DNA of 63,210 bases, filler included, from Octopus bimaculoides (lineage: Eukaryota): the NCBI RefSeq assembly GCF_001194135.2. It is 4 parts of 4 records of this genome, joined end to end, with 100 filler letters (N's around TTAATTAATTAA, not from the genome) between each part and the next. Parts side by side here need not be neighbours in the genome. Positions count along the whole stretch, not along the records: positions 37,196 to 57,385 come from NC_068984.1; positions 57,486 to 63,210 come from NC_068991.1; 2 more parts are not named here. One strand, 5' to 3'. The notes beneath the pieces were generated by a model. It searched no databases. It was not told where the DNA came from and saw nothing but the letters and a program-made list of their open reading frames with translations. Numbering within the stretch: the stretch's first letter is position 1; every line of letters starts with the position of its first letter. Shown here one piece after another: positions 51,354 through 63,210 of the stretch. The translations under genes and the position numbers were made by a program.

Positions 51354-52030
51354 AGGACAAGCAGGGTGATACGTTGTTTTCGTGTCCTTCTCTCTACTAT
51401 CATCTACCATCTGTGTATTGTATTTGTCATAAATAATGTAATATAGTTGTTGTATTGTAATTGGCTGTTTTGCCGAATTTCCTTTATTCTTAAAATAAGG
51501 TTAATTCATCCATCTTATGCCGAGCGCAGCAGTATTTGAGATATAGTGTTTCCTGCTTCAGTTAATAACTTGAGAACAAAATGAAAACATTCCTTCTTCT
51601 TTCTATCCGTTACGACCTAAACTCGTTTAAAAATAAATCTATAATCCCATTGCGATAGTACATTTATTCAGTGTGTTGTGATGTATCCAAACTTTTGTTT
51701 TGATGTCAGAATATACAAGTGAAAAATGTTTTAGTTGACGTCTCCTCGCTAGCATGATATATGAGTGGCATGAAGGGTGATATATATATGTGTGTGTGTG
51801 TGTGTTGGGTGCAGGTGGCATGATATTTTGTTTCCAGTCAGTTGTATAGTTTTCAATAATCATCAGTTATCAATGAGCCTCCGATAACCTTTTTGACTAT
51901 TCTACATGTAACAAGCATAAGATATATGCAAATTGACTGGCAGTTGTTGTCCAGACATCTACATAACTACTTTCTTATGTATATATGGAAAAGAATATTC
52001 CAGATCGTTGAATTCAGTTAACTTAATTCA

Positions 52031-52107
52031 TCAGGATAGCAGGACCATATCAGGATAGTATTCATCTCTTATCCTATCACAGTAATTTTTGAGGTTTGGA
52101 AAGGAAT
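52031..52107 (-). CDS. fax: FAX-like protein, terminal coding exon
   Basis: Acceptor ctcttttcAG, phase 1. Encodes (D)SFPNLKNYCDRIRDEYYPDMVLLS* with TGA at 52033-52031, matching the family end FPNL..YC.R.K..YWPDW. Confidence 0.9.
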
Positions 52108-53426
52108 CTGAAAGAGATATTATATAATTAGTATTATATGAAAAATTTTTAATGATTTTTAATATAAATACCTTTTACAGCTACTTTTTCGTATTATGGA
52201 TCGTTGGAACATGTATTTGACGGTTTGTACTTTTCCTTAGCCATCACAAAAACAAAAAATAATGCGTATGTATGAAGATCTTATTCATTGACTCCAAGAT
52301 CTAGTGAAGTTGGCCATAGCTACGGAAGTGTAAGCCCATCCACGACTTTCCTTGAAAGGCATAATATTTTATAAAATTTCTGATATACATTTTAGATGGT
52401 AAAAATTATGTGCTGGAGAAATTTTCAAAAAAAGTCTTGGAAGTTTCGAATAATTCCTTCCACCCGATTTTGTTCCCTAAAACCTTATTTAAAACGCGCG
52501 TTTTTTCAATAAAATTTTCCCCGACATATGTTTCAGAAGTGTGAATTATGATTATGTGTTGGGAAGGAAAGAATCACGAAATATTTTAAAGGCCCCCCCC
52601 CATTCCTATCCACCCATCCACCCCACTGGACCGTATGTTTTTCCTGACATGCATTTTTTTTTTTTGCCAGTGTAGATTGCAATTATCATTTTTTTCTTTT
52701 CTAAATTTTATCACATTAATTGTAGGCTGATTCGCAGGACAAATATAAACTCCAGTTTGGTACTTGGTTCGAATAATACCACCAAAAACTGCAATATGAC
52801 AGGGGTTGAAAAGAACCATATCGCCTTGTCCCTCGCGCGAGTTAACAAGGAGTCCGTTCGAAAATATATTGCAATCTCTACTTAAAGCAACTTGTTCTAG
52901 TAGGCGTGGGGTGGGAGTATAAAGGATGTGTGTACCATGACCCCGAAATGGTTCAAGAGGGAACAGTCGATAATGATTTTGGAAGTTTAATGATGGTTGC
53001 TTCTGAGAGGGAAAAAGATGGATGGAATTGTCACCTACACCCTCGAAAATGCATCTCTGAAAAATTTCATTGAAAAAATATTCATTTAAAAAATTCCCAT
53101 TATGTGTGAGGGAATGATCCTCAAAAATATTTTTTAAACAATTTTTTCTACATAATCATAATCTATCCCTTTTAAAATTTATACCTGAAACATGCATTTT
53201 TAAAAAAAGTTACGGTGTAAAAAATTTCGGATGGAGGGCACAATTCTGTAGCATGCTATGTATTGTAGCTCATCCGCTTATTAGTGATATGTTAAACAAA
53301 GCCCGACTAACAGTTTCCCTGCACAACATCATCACCTTTATGTGATATTGTTGCTGAACTTGTTAAATGATATTGATACATCCAAAATAAATAGGAAATA
53401 GAAAAAAAATCAGAATATCTACATAC

Positions 53427-53543
53427 CAGTTACTAACTGATGTAAGTAACTATCGGTGTGATTATAACAAATCTGAACCAGCAAACCAAATGCACTGCAG
53501 TCAGCCAAAGTCATGAAGTTTCCGAATAGGTAATTTTTCTCAC
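53427..53543 (-). CDS. fax: FAX-like protein, internal exon (GST C-terminal helical domain)
   Basis: Acceptor ctacttttAG and donor GTATGT, 117 nt, phase 1 to 1. Encodes (G)EKNYLFGNFMTLADCSAFGLLVQICYNHTDSYLHQLVT, matching the GST-C motif K.YLFG...T.AD...FG.L.Q. Confidence 0.92.
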
Positions 53544-54949
53544 CTAAAAGTAGAAATCACCAATGAAAATTGTCATTAAATTTTTACAAATAGGATCATG
53601 TTTGAAACTGAATAACAAATTTAGATTACGTGGGAAACGCTTGATCTGTAGCAAAATTAAATTCGAAAAGTTGAAAGACGTACAAAGCTGCAATCATGGC
53701 TATCAATTAATATAAGACAATAATTTGGCCAACTGGCCAATAGAAGTCGAGAGATCTAGATGTCTAGTATTTCAAATAATTCCAAATGATGAAGCCACGT
53801 ATATTTGTCATCAGTAACTGACAACTGTGAATAATAGATTTAAACGTTGGGTGACTTTGAATTCTGGAATTTCCAGGACTTTCGACGTAAGATAATTTTT
53901 TGTCCAATGATTGTTTTCTATCTGATTCTCACTCTTTGTAAATTGATTCAAAGCAAACATGTTAGATATACTGGTAAATTGTTATATAAAAATGTTTTGT
54001 CGTCTCTGATCTATGTGAATACCTCTGAAACATAATCTGTAAAATAACTTCCTGTCAGCCTCACAACTCTTGAGTAGATACGGCACTCCACTTTTCTGCT
54101 GTGATTGAGATAAGAAAACAGATTAAATTTATTTCTTTAACACTTTAGCCTTGTTCAGAATTCTGTTTATTTTAATTGTAATTGGCTGTCCTTGAAACCC
54201 TCTATGATCACTTTCGACAGGATATCAAAATGGAATTTGTTTTAACGCGAAGAAAATTTTGAATTGACAGTAAGCATTTAGAAATTATATTTATTAAAAT
54301 ATAATGTAACTTCACAGTGTCTGGAATTTGGTTTAAAACCTTTTTTTCTCTAAGATACACGTCCAGTTGCCTAACGTATTCATTTGCTGAGTGTAACGAA
54401 ATTGTTTCTACAATATGTGTTTCCTAACAACCCTTTTCACGGAAACCTATTCTTCATAATGAGAGTAGCAACCGTTCATAACAGAATGATCTTTGTCAAA
54501 GAGTTGGAGACACTGGAGTTCGTGTCCTATTATTGGTTCTGTGCAGTGCTCAAAGCTAAGATACTTAATTTTCAGATTATTTCAATTAACAGTCTTATTA
54601 TCTTGTATTCAATAAATTCCAGTAAAATGTTAGAAGCAGTCAGAACTGAACACTCTTCTTTTTGTATCTATTATATAATTGTTGTTATTATTTTTTCTTT
54701 CTTTGTATTCGGCACAGATATCTTGCATTTATGAGGAAAGTGTGGCGTCCATGCTATTATCAAGATAATTAGCAATGTAACTGAAGTGAAATGCCTTCAA
54801 CCAAAGATTAAACCCACATCTCGGTCTTATCTTGCCAAGAGCTTATCTCTTGCTGCACAACGCTAAACAATAAATTATTAATTTGTATTCAAAATAGAAA
54901 TAAAATGATTTGGGAACCGATTAATAAAGCAAGTATAAAATGTACAAAC

Positions 54950-55146
54950 CTAAAAAGTCAGATAAAGCAGCTAAGTCTTTCTTTGCAATGATTTTTATTT
55001 CTTCCCATGTGTGGAGACCTATTCCGTGTCCAAATGATTTTCGCATAAGAGACTTTGTGATCAAATAATTAAATACAACATTCACTTTTAAAGCTTGGAA
55101 AAATTTTGGTTTTCGTTCGTGTTTCCAACGAGACAAAAGTAGGCAC
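54950..55146 (-). CDS. fax: FAX-like protein, internal exon
   Basis: AG/GT boundaries, 197 nt, phase 2 to 1, in frame with the preceding exon. Encodes (W)CLLLSRWKHERKPKFFQALKVNVVFNYLITKSLMRKSFGHGIGLHTWEEIKIIAKKDLAALSDFL(G). GHGIG.H..EEI......DL.ALS..LG is characteristic of FAX. Confidence 0.93.
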
Positions 55147-55319
55147 CTAATTAAGAAATAAATTCATTAATCATTTTTACTCGATAAGGGTTAGGTTATC
55201 ATAAAAAAATTTTTAACGTTCACGGTTAACAAAAATAAGAAAATTCAAGATCAGGTGTCTTAATTAGATCAAATTAATTTGTTTAATGGGACATTGCCAT
55301 TTTCTATCAGCAGTCGGTA

Positions 55320-55685
55320 CAGGTGTACCTGTGTGGTAAGAGGTTTGCTTCCCAACCACATGGTTCTGGGTCCAGTTTCGCTGCGTGGCACCTTAGGACC
55401 GACCAAAGCCTTGTGAGTGGATTTGAGAGACGGAAACTGGAAGAAGCCCATCGTATGTGTGTGTGTGTGTTGACATCGCGTGATTGAAAAATGATTGTCA
55501 ATGTCATACAAGTAGTGCCACTCATTTCCAATATTCTGCGAAGTATGTCTGCCCACGATGAAATATCACCTTGCTTTGAAACAGGTGAGGATTGGCAACA
55601 GGTAGGGTATTCGGCCGTAACAAACCAGTCTCAAACTCCGTCCGACCCTTGCAAGCATAGAAAAGTGGGTGTTATAATGATGATG
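55320..55685 (+). repeat. SINE family B head with an alternative second half, in a FAX intron
   Basis: Family B first half plus (TG)n, then a different tail ending in (ATG)n. Confidence 0.75.
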
Positions 55686-56035
55686 AATCGAGGAAATTAT
55701 AAAATTTCTTTACTTGATACCAATAACCATAACAAAAATAACAGCTTTTAAATTCAACTTTCGTAAGTGTATAAACGATGTAAGCTTTCGCAGAATATTA
55801 TTTTTGTTCACTTCATCTCAGTAGAAGGAGAGGTTGCATCTAGAGCATCATTTACCAGGGTTTAAACACAAAACAATGAAGCGCAATGATGAAGTAATGA
55901 AACCATAAAGACTCTTTTACGGCTCATATTTGCCTAAGCTTTGTCTACCATTCTATTTACGGTAGCTAACAAATTTATTTCTTTTCCCACGCGAAAGTTT
56001 GCATATTTTCATATCTTACAACGGAAAATACTTAC

Positions 56036-56232
56036 CAGACTGTATTTTCTTCTATCATTACTTGGAATGCTCGAGATAAAGAACGTTCATAGGGGGACAA
56101 TTTTGCGTTCAGATCCACATTAAAGTTGTTATTTAAATAATCGATACAAAACTGCGTATCTTCAATCACCACTCCATTATGTTCAATCCAAGGTAGTTTG
56201 CCTTTAGAAGACAGTTGGCGAATGTGCGATAA
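56036..56232 (-). CDS. fax: FAX/FAXC-like GST-fold protein, internal exon (N-terminal thioredoxin-like domain)
   Basis: Acceptor ttttttccAG at 56234-56233 and donor GTAAG at 56035. The 197 nt (phase 0 to 2) encode LSHIRQLSSKGKLPWIEHNGVVIEDTQFCIDYLNNNFNVDLNAKLSPYERSLSRAFQVMIEENTV(W), matching the FAX/metaxin motif S.KGK.P.IE.NG..I.D...I..L...F...L...L...ERA...AF..M.EE. Confidence 0.93.
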
Positions 56233-56399
56233 CTGGAAAAAATCAAGAGTAAAATATAAGACTCCAATCAACTAGGCTCAATTGTTTTGAGCCAGACTAC
56301 CCATAACTACATATCTACACCAAACAGTTTTCATATATAAAATCAAAATAGGCTTTAAAAACAAAATATATTTAGTGGTGGAGTATTGTGTTTGTAAAT

Positions 56400-57385
56400 C
56401 CCCTAATCCAAATCAGTTTTTCATTGGAGCTGGCCAGATTGGAGCAATCTCGATTATAACCAGCCGAAATTGCAAAGATAATCTGGAACTCGACTGAGGA
56501 AAGAAAACTCCGAAAGACCCGTCCTTGTTTTTCTTTTCCCTTTTTTGTATCATCTGTCTGGATGCTTTGTTTTCCCTTTTTTGTATCATCTAACTTCTGG
56601 ATGTTTTGCGTTCTTGTCCCATTTTTTATATTCCTTTTTATATACATATGGCGGCGAACGTACACTTTGGTCTCTTATGTAAGTACATATATATGTATAT
56701 ATCTAAATTTTGTACGACTCTCTTATTATTTCTTTCTTTCTTTCATTCTATCAGCCCCTTCACACTTACTTCGTTCTTTCCACTTTTTTTCTTTCGTTCC
56801 CCCTCTCACATTTCCTGGCTTTCTCTTCATTCTCACCTTCCCTCCTCTTTCACTTCACTCTGTTCCTTTTCTTTGTTTCTCGTCTCTCCTTATTCTTCTA
56901 TCCATCTGCCTCTACCTCTCTCCTCTCTCTCCACGTGACCGGTGTTCGGCCAAGCCTGACCTTTCTTTCTTAGTTCGACTACCATCCGTGCAACATCCTC
57001 CCTGTGCCTGTCAAATCTTATGTCCCTGCCGTAAGGCTTTGCTTCCACACACGCCAGCTTAATTTTATTCGTCCTTAGTCGAAAGACACCCGTTGTTAAT
57101 GTCCTATTATTTGTATTTGTGTACAATTTCTCCGTTTTTTTTCCGTCCTTGTTTTTGTATACATTTACTACTTTCTTCCAAGGAATCTAGTGATCTTGGC
57201 TTAGTTTTTCTTGGGGCTGGGACAGATTGGAGCAATCTCGAGTATAACCAGCCGAAATTGCAAAGATAACCTGGAACTCGACTGAGGAAAGAAAATTCCG
57301 AATGACCCGTCCGTGTTTTTCCATGTCCCTTTTTTGTATCATCTGTCTGGATGTTTTGCGTTCTTGTCCCATTTTTTGTATTCCT
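56400..57385. repeat. Direct repeat of about 190 bp (56420-56620 and 57215-57385) around a TC-rich spacer
   Basis: CAGATTGGAGCAATCTCGA.TATAACCAGCCGAAATTGCAAAGATAA.CTGGAACTCGACTGAGGAAAGAAAA occurs twice. Confidence 0.85.
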
Positions 57386-57485
57386 NNNNNNNNNNNNNNN
57401 NNNNNNNNNNNNNNNNNNNNNNNNNNNNNTTAATTAATTAANNNNNNNNNNNNNNNNNNNNNNNNNNNNNNNNNNNNNNNNNNNN
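57386..57485. other. Artificial gap spacer inside the FAX locus
   Basis: 44 N + TTAATTAATTAA + 44 N; true length unknown. Confidence 0.95.
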
Positions 57486-57857
57486 GATCTTCATCTTCAA
57501 GGCTGAAATTTCTACTTCTGAATTTTGCAAACCATCTTCTGCAAGTTCTTTCATTCAAGTATTCATTCTTTCCCATAAACTGAGTGTATGTTTCGAGTCA
57601 CTTCAGCTGCAGAGTTTCCTTTTTTGTACTCATAAAGCATTATGTGCCTCAAATGCTCTTTGGATACTTCCATGTTAGAAAGGGTTTTAATCAAAGAAAT
57701 TTTAATTCTATTATTCTGTAAAATAAAATTTAATTAGTTTAAATATACACAAATGCATAAAAATAATTTTTAATTCCATTAGAGATTCTAAAATACTATT
57801 AAATTTCATTCAATTTTAAAAAAGCTAAAATCGGACAGAACTTATGGGATGACCTGA
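57486..57857 (-). mobile_element. Mariner element 5' end with TIR, cut by an assembly gap
   Basis: TA then TCAGGTCATCCCATAAGTTCTGTCCG terminus at 57857. ATG at 57673 encodes MEVSKEHLRHIMLYEYKKGNSAAEVTRNIHSVYGKE, then a frameshift and LNERTCRRWFAKFRSRNFSLEDED. Confidence 0.9.
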
Positions 57858-58154
57858 TATACATAGAATACAAAGTATGTGAATACATGAATGATTCAGT
57901 TTCTCATGTTATAGGATAACTTCCAACTAGGGCCAATCAAGGAACCCCACAGATCCAAGATAACCATGACACCAGAGTCACGAGCCCTCGCCCGACTGTC
58001 GTTCTCTAAACCATAGTTGCATACTTAGAGTAGGTCTATTCCTTTTAACCATTTTTACCACAGTTCACTAGGAGAGACTTGCAGAAACTATCTTTCTTAT
58101 TAAAACAGGATGCATCCCTAAAAATCAACTCTTGAAAGAAATAAAATAATCAAA

Positions 58155-58325
58155 GGCGCAGGAGTGGCTGTGTGGTAAGTAGCTTGCTCACCAACCACAT
58201 GGTTCCGGGTTCAGTCCCACTGTGTGGCACCTTGGGCAAGTGTCTTCTACTATAGCCTCAGGCCGACCAAAGCCTTGTGAGTGGATTTGGTAGACGGAAA
58301 CTGAAAGAAGACTGTCGTATATATG

Positions 58326-58362
<37 letters not shown>

Positions 58363-58580
58363 TTGTGTGTCTGTGTTTGTCCCCCTAACATCGCTTGACA
58401 ACTGATGGTGGTGTGTTTACGTCCCCGTAACTTAGCGGTTCGGCAAAAGAGACCGACAGAATAAGTACTAGGCTTACAAAGAATAAGTCCTGGGGTCGAT
58501 TTGCTCGACTAAAAGGCGGTGCTCCAGCATGGCCACAGTCAAATGACTGAAACAAGTAAAAGAGTAAAAGAGTAAGAGTA
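58155..58580 (+). repeat. Complete bipartite SINE family B with an internal microsatellite
   Basis: Head GGCGCAGGAGTGGCTGTGTGG (A box) and GGTTCAGTCCC (B box), ACCTTGGGCAAGTGTC core, internal (TA)n(TG)n, second half ending in (AAGAGTA)n. Confidence 0.92.
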
Positions 58581-58599
58581 AAGGTAGAATTGGCAGGAA

Positions 58600-59660
58600 T
58601 GAGAAAATGGACAAGAGCTAATTAAATACTACAATACTGCCTGTTAAAAGCTAATATGTATTTATAGTAGTGGGAATAGGTTTAGTACATTGAATGGGAA
58701 ACGTAAAAGCAGGAATAATGAGTACAAATAAAAATGAGCATTGTAAAAGAGAAAGAAAACTGAGACCTAGTTTAAAAACTAAGGTCTTTGATTGCCATCA
58801 GAGAGTATGTGAGTTATCGATGCAGAAATGGACGGCGGGTAAGCTAAGTAAATATTTAAATTGTAAAAGCTTTATGAATAGCTAGAAACTGCAATTTATT
58901 AGTTGTTAGACAGGGAAAATAAACAATATGTGGGTTGGTAAATTTAGGTGTGGACAGCAGAATTAAATAAAATAACAACGAATGATAAGGCACAGCTTCT
59001 TTATTTATGACAAAGGAAGTTTTTGTCTACATTAAAATGATTGCTTCTAAACTGTTAATTGCTTTCGGACCAGTCATAAGTAAGATAGAAACATTTAGAA
59101 GAGTTGAGAGGTATCTTAAGAATCAGTACAGAAAATGTTTCAGATGTATTACGAAACTAAAAATAGATTTCACTAGGCTTTATTTGGGTAAGTAGTTTAG
59201 CTCTAGTTCGAAACGAATAAACTCTGCAAATTAAAGAAAGAATTCTTAATCCGACCACCACCATCAGGCTATAACAAACTTGATACAATTCACCGGTTAA
59301 AAACTTGAATGAGAAAATAAAATTTGAGATTTCCTGAAAAACCCAAATGATATTTTTATAGCGATCGTAACTCAAAATTTATTGACGGTCACACTGATCA
59401 AAAAGTCCCGGCATATATGTGCATACGAGGTAGCACTTCACATGATTTATTAATGGTTAATCGATAAATATACAAAAATAAATCCATATTATCTTGGGTT
59501 ATTGAGTTTAATATACTGATAGAGAAAGATATAAAAACCAAGTTTGCGAACGATAAAGAGGTAGAGAGAAAAGTAGAGCAATTGCTGATACATAGGCCAT
59601 TCACTGGTGTGGAAAACCAGAAGAATTTAATAGCGTTGACTGAAAAACTACGAATCAATT
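58600..59660 (+). mobile_element. Very old LINE (L2/CR1-like) ORF2 C-terminal relic
   Basis: Weak matches: ERYLKNQYRKCFRCITKLK and GHTDQKSRHIC (cf. EKYL......RKALTKLR and GR..N.PRE.RIC). Confidence 0.3.
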
Positions 59661-61062
59661 ATTGAACATGTATAGTTCAATCAACCTGAAAAGCAGTATT
59701 GATCGCTTGTGTTGGAAAAAAAAAGGTGTAATAAACAGAAAATAGTGAATCCCGGCGGAAGAGAATGGCTTTAGGTGAAATGTAAAGAAGAGTTCATGGT
59801 AGATTTTGAAAGAATAAAATAATTATATATCTTTTGCTTAAAACCATAAAATAAAATAAGTATATAAAACAAAAAAAAAGCTCGAATCTGGACCTGGAAA
59901 TTTACTTTGTAAAACACAGGAATCGCTTCTTTATAGTTTCTCAGAAACAAAATAACAAATTCTCCGGCAAATTTGATGTTTTAAGAAAGTAATGAGTATT
60001 TACTATATATCAGTTAAATTTAAAGCCTAGCTCAAATATTAGTCATGATTTTATTTGAAACGTTTTTGGTGAGGAAATTACTCAACATCTACCAGCTGAT
60101 AAGTAACTAAGTACAATGGAACTAGATGTTTTACATCTAATCTTGTTTTAGTGTTGCTCTTTACCGTTTTTTCAAAGTTACAGGGATCATTTTTGAAGGG
60201 GATTACAAATACCAATGCAATACTAACAACATTTACCACTTATATCCTCGGCTCATGAAGTACAAGCGACAGATTCGAAAACAGTGAGCTTACAAAGAAG
60301 AATCAAGTTTACTTCTTTGTCATCTCTGCCATTTCTATTTCCCTTACTTTATCAATGAATAACTTTTGCTTTACATTAAAATGGAAAATAAACAATTATG
60401 ATGATGTTGTAGCTGATGATGATGATGTTCATGCATCTTCTCAGTTATATTAGCGACATAGATAATGTGAAAAAGCACCAGCCAGCAATTCAAAAATTAC
60501 TGAAAATGAAACGTTACTACCTCATTGTCGTTCATATAACAACCTATATATGAAATGTTTGATGTTTCCTAGTTTAACAGTGAGATGTGGCACTGGAGTT
60601 CCCTTATAATGTCCGTTGTCTTGCAAACATTTGGACCAGGATCCTGTTCTGAAGATAAACCATGAGAAATGGTTTCTTGCCACCTTACCTTCATGAGTCT
60701 AGGAAGATCCATAAAAAGGAATAAAATGGCTACCGACGCTTCGCTACTTCTGATGATGTTACTATTAAAATTAATTGTTTCTCGCATTTGGAATTGGAAA
60801 TTTTGGCATCTAAACATTTGCCAATCACTTTCTTAAAGTGAGCAGAATGACATAGTTCAAACTGGGGATTGAGACTGGATCGCAGGTGTTTACATATCAT
60901 TAATAATTTCTTACATGAACAGAAGTACTCAGAAATATAAAGAAGAAATGAGGTTGTATGACATTTATGCCTCATCTCGGAGGCGTTAACAACCTAAATA
61001 AAATGAATGACCTCAGGCAGAAAACGAAACTAGATTACCAAATCAATTCACCTGAAACTTAC

Positions 61063-61190
61063 CTTTTGCTCTTTGACGCTTGCTGCATTTCGTGCATAAA
61101 TAATATACCATTAGTGACTGCCACTGACTCGTAGAGATGTTTGGAGGTAAAGAGATATGCACCGCTGCACTCCGCTGTTAGCATTTGCAT
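61063..61190 (-). CDS. Candidate first coding exon of the FAX-like gene
   Basis: Perfect donor AG|GTAAGT at 61062. Two open readings: MQMLTAEC...QQASKSK(R) from ATG 61190, or MVYYLCTKCSKRQRAK from ATG 61111 (basic tail as in FAX N-termini). The linking exon was not found, so the frame cannot be decided. Confidence 0.35.
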
Positions 61191-61809
61191 TCCTTTTAGT
61201 TTATGTTTGCAATATAAATTAGTTTCGTTGTAGCTGGAAATGACATAAAATGTGAGCTAATAAGTCATTACTACCACTATACATCTAGCGGAAGTTTTTG
61301 TATGTATTATATATTTTATATGCATTATATTTTATGTATTAGATTTTTACGTGTTATTTTTGATTTTTATGGTATTATATTTGGCACACTCACGAAGATT
61401 TTCAACATCATCATCATTGTCATCGCAATCAATACAGTTATCACTACCATCAACATCACCATCTCCAACAGCTTTTTCATCATCTTCGACATCATGATCT
61501 TCATCGCAAATAGCAGTCACATTGCAGGTTGCTATATTCGACTGGATTAGCGAAATGGATATTTATGGCAAACGAAACACTTCACTCTAAATGCCGAAGG
61601 CTTCATATTGGAATCAGGAAATTGTAACAATTAACAATTACACATTGATGTACACATGTTAATGAATATTATAATCCTCCTCTTGTTATCACTGACCATG
61701 AACTACATCCTTAATGTAGAGCTTATCATTTAAAAGCGGCATCACTTGTGGCTGATAAGACCAATACTTGAGTGATATCTTTATAAGGTCATTAGTTTGT
61801 TGGTATTAC

Positions 61810-62000
61810 TATGCCTCATTCTGCGTACCCCCTTTTCCACTGCAGCGCCCAAGATCTCTTTTCTCATCATCAGCATACTCCTCTACTTCGCTCAGTCACC
61901 AGCAAAGCTCTCCCAGGATTTTGTATTAATACCGACCACCTTCTCATAGACCACATATGTAAAACAAGAGTGAAAATTAAACACTTTGTACTTGAGAAGC
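61810..62000 (-). mobile_element. RTE-like LINE 3' fragment
   Basis: Translation GINTKSWESFAGD*AK*RS resembles the RTE C-terminal GI....WE..A.DR..WR. Confidence 0.4.
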
Positions 62001-63210
62001 GTTAGCCGTGTCCTCAATATATCCTAACGAGATAGAGCAGCCTTCCCAGCATCTAAAAAAAGATCCATTAACGCGTACTCACTCACATAAAGCATCCAGT
62101 TCAGTCGGCTGTTTTTTGCTTCAGTTATTTCCATTGATTTTAAATCACTCTCCTTTACCTACCATTTGTTTGTATCAATATGTTTGTGAGAATTGTATTG
62201 GTATCTGCATCAGCTAAGTAATCGATACTTTTAGGGTGCGCCATATTAATTTCTGTGTAAAAAAAGCGGGTTTATCTTCTAAATCTGTACCATTATATTA
62301 CTGGTACTCACTTTGCTGATCCTGTATGAATGAAGATTATTCTGAATCCAGTGAATTATAATTTGAAAAAGTAATGCATCATTTAAAAAAAATCTGAGAG
62401 CATCGTGTGAGGCACTCATTTTCTTAGTAAGACTAATTAAAGACGTTTCAATAGTGATCCATCCCGCTTATTCAGGCTTATTGTATCTAGGAGTGAATTA
62501 TCGAACGTTTTTTTTTTTACCATTCTTTTTTTTTAATATGGAGGTATCATTTGGGGAAAATTTAGTTGCTATTTCTAGAATATCGAGCATCAGCTCAGAA
62601 ATACGCTTGCTGGCGGCCTGTTTCAACAAATACAGGACAGGCGTAGCCTAGCTATCAAAAACGGCCGTGCAAAGTGGGTAAAAGAGTAAGAGTCGAGAGA
62701 GGTTAGGCTGAAGATTGTTTATGAAAATTGCTTTATGAAATATCACATGTTTCAATGAAAGTCTATTCTGTTTATGAAGAGAGAAGAAGAGAAAATAATC
62801 TCCGATGAGATGACAATCATTACAATCATCACAATCATAGAATTCTAAAATCAGACGGTAATGGCAATTTGACAATATAGCGTAGACAACAGTAACAGAA
62901 AGCTAAATGGATCAATACATTCAGAAGTACATATATTAAGTCTCACTAGCGAAGATAAGGAAGAGAAACCGCATTTCAGTTATATTGGATCATATGAAAC
63001 TCTAGCGACAGCCGAAAACGCCACCATCTGATGGTTGTTCACGTGTTCGCTTTTTAATTTCGGAATTAAGATCCATAATTTCTTTCACAATAAGACTAAA
63101 TATGTTTTACACATTTCGAATGCTAATTTACTATTAATTCAGACAGTGATGGGTGCCTTGTGTAATAAATATAATGAAAATGTTTTTTTTCTTTCTTCTT
63201 TTTTTTTTTG

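Noticed and set aside
52400-53250. GC-richer patch in a FAX intron with faint inverted similarity at the ends
   Set aside because: Similarity is too low to call TIRs, and there are no coding motifs.

Overview
AT-rich, repeat-dense eukaryotic scaffold with many N gaps. The SINE families and (TA)n/(CA)n microsatellites look cephalopod, most likely Octopus; this is recalled pattern recognition, not a database result. One host gene is well supported: a minus-strand failed-axon-connections (FAX/FAXC-like, GST-fold) gene. Four in-phase GT-AG exons at 52031-56232 give 195 aa. Its N-terminal exon(s) are not resolved and may lie in the gap at 57386-57485. The rest is transposon debris: at least four tRNA-derived SINE families, Penelope-like elements (PLEs), an R4/Dong-type RLE LINE, RTE remnants, a Helitron Rep-helicase relic, two mariner relics and several MITE/foldback elements. 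The most interesting signal is a set of minimal type I hammerhead ribozyme folds with palindromic stem III, two with altered catalytic cores (CUGUUGA at 15709-15745, CCGAUGA at 29813-29861) and one canonical (30046-30108). In addition, the 5' end of a 1.5-kb PLE (about 45497) falls at the cleavage site predicted from its sister fragment. PLE hammerheads are a known class, so this is not a new system, but the variants are testable. Almost all ORFs in the supplied track are artefacts of microsatellites, N gaps or antisense SINE sequence.
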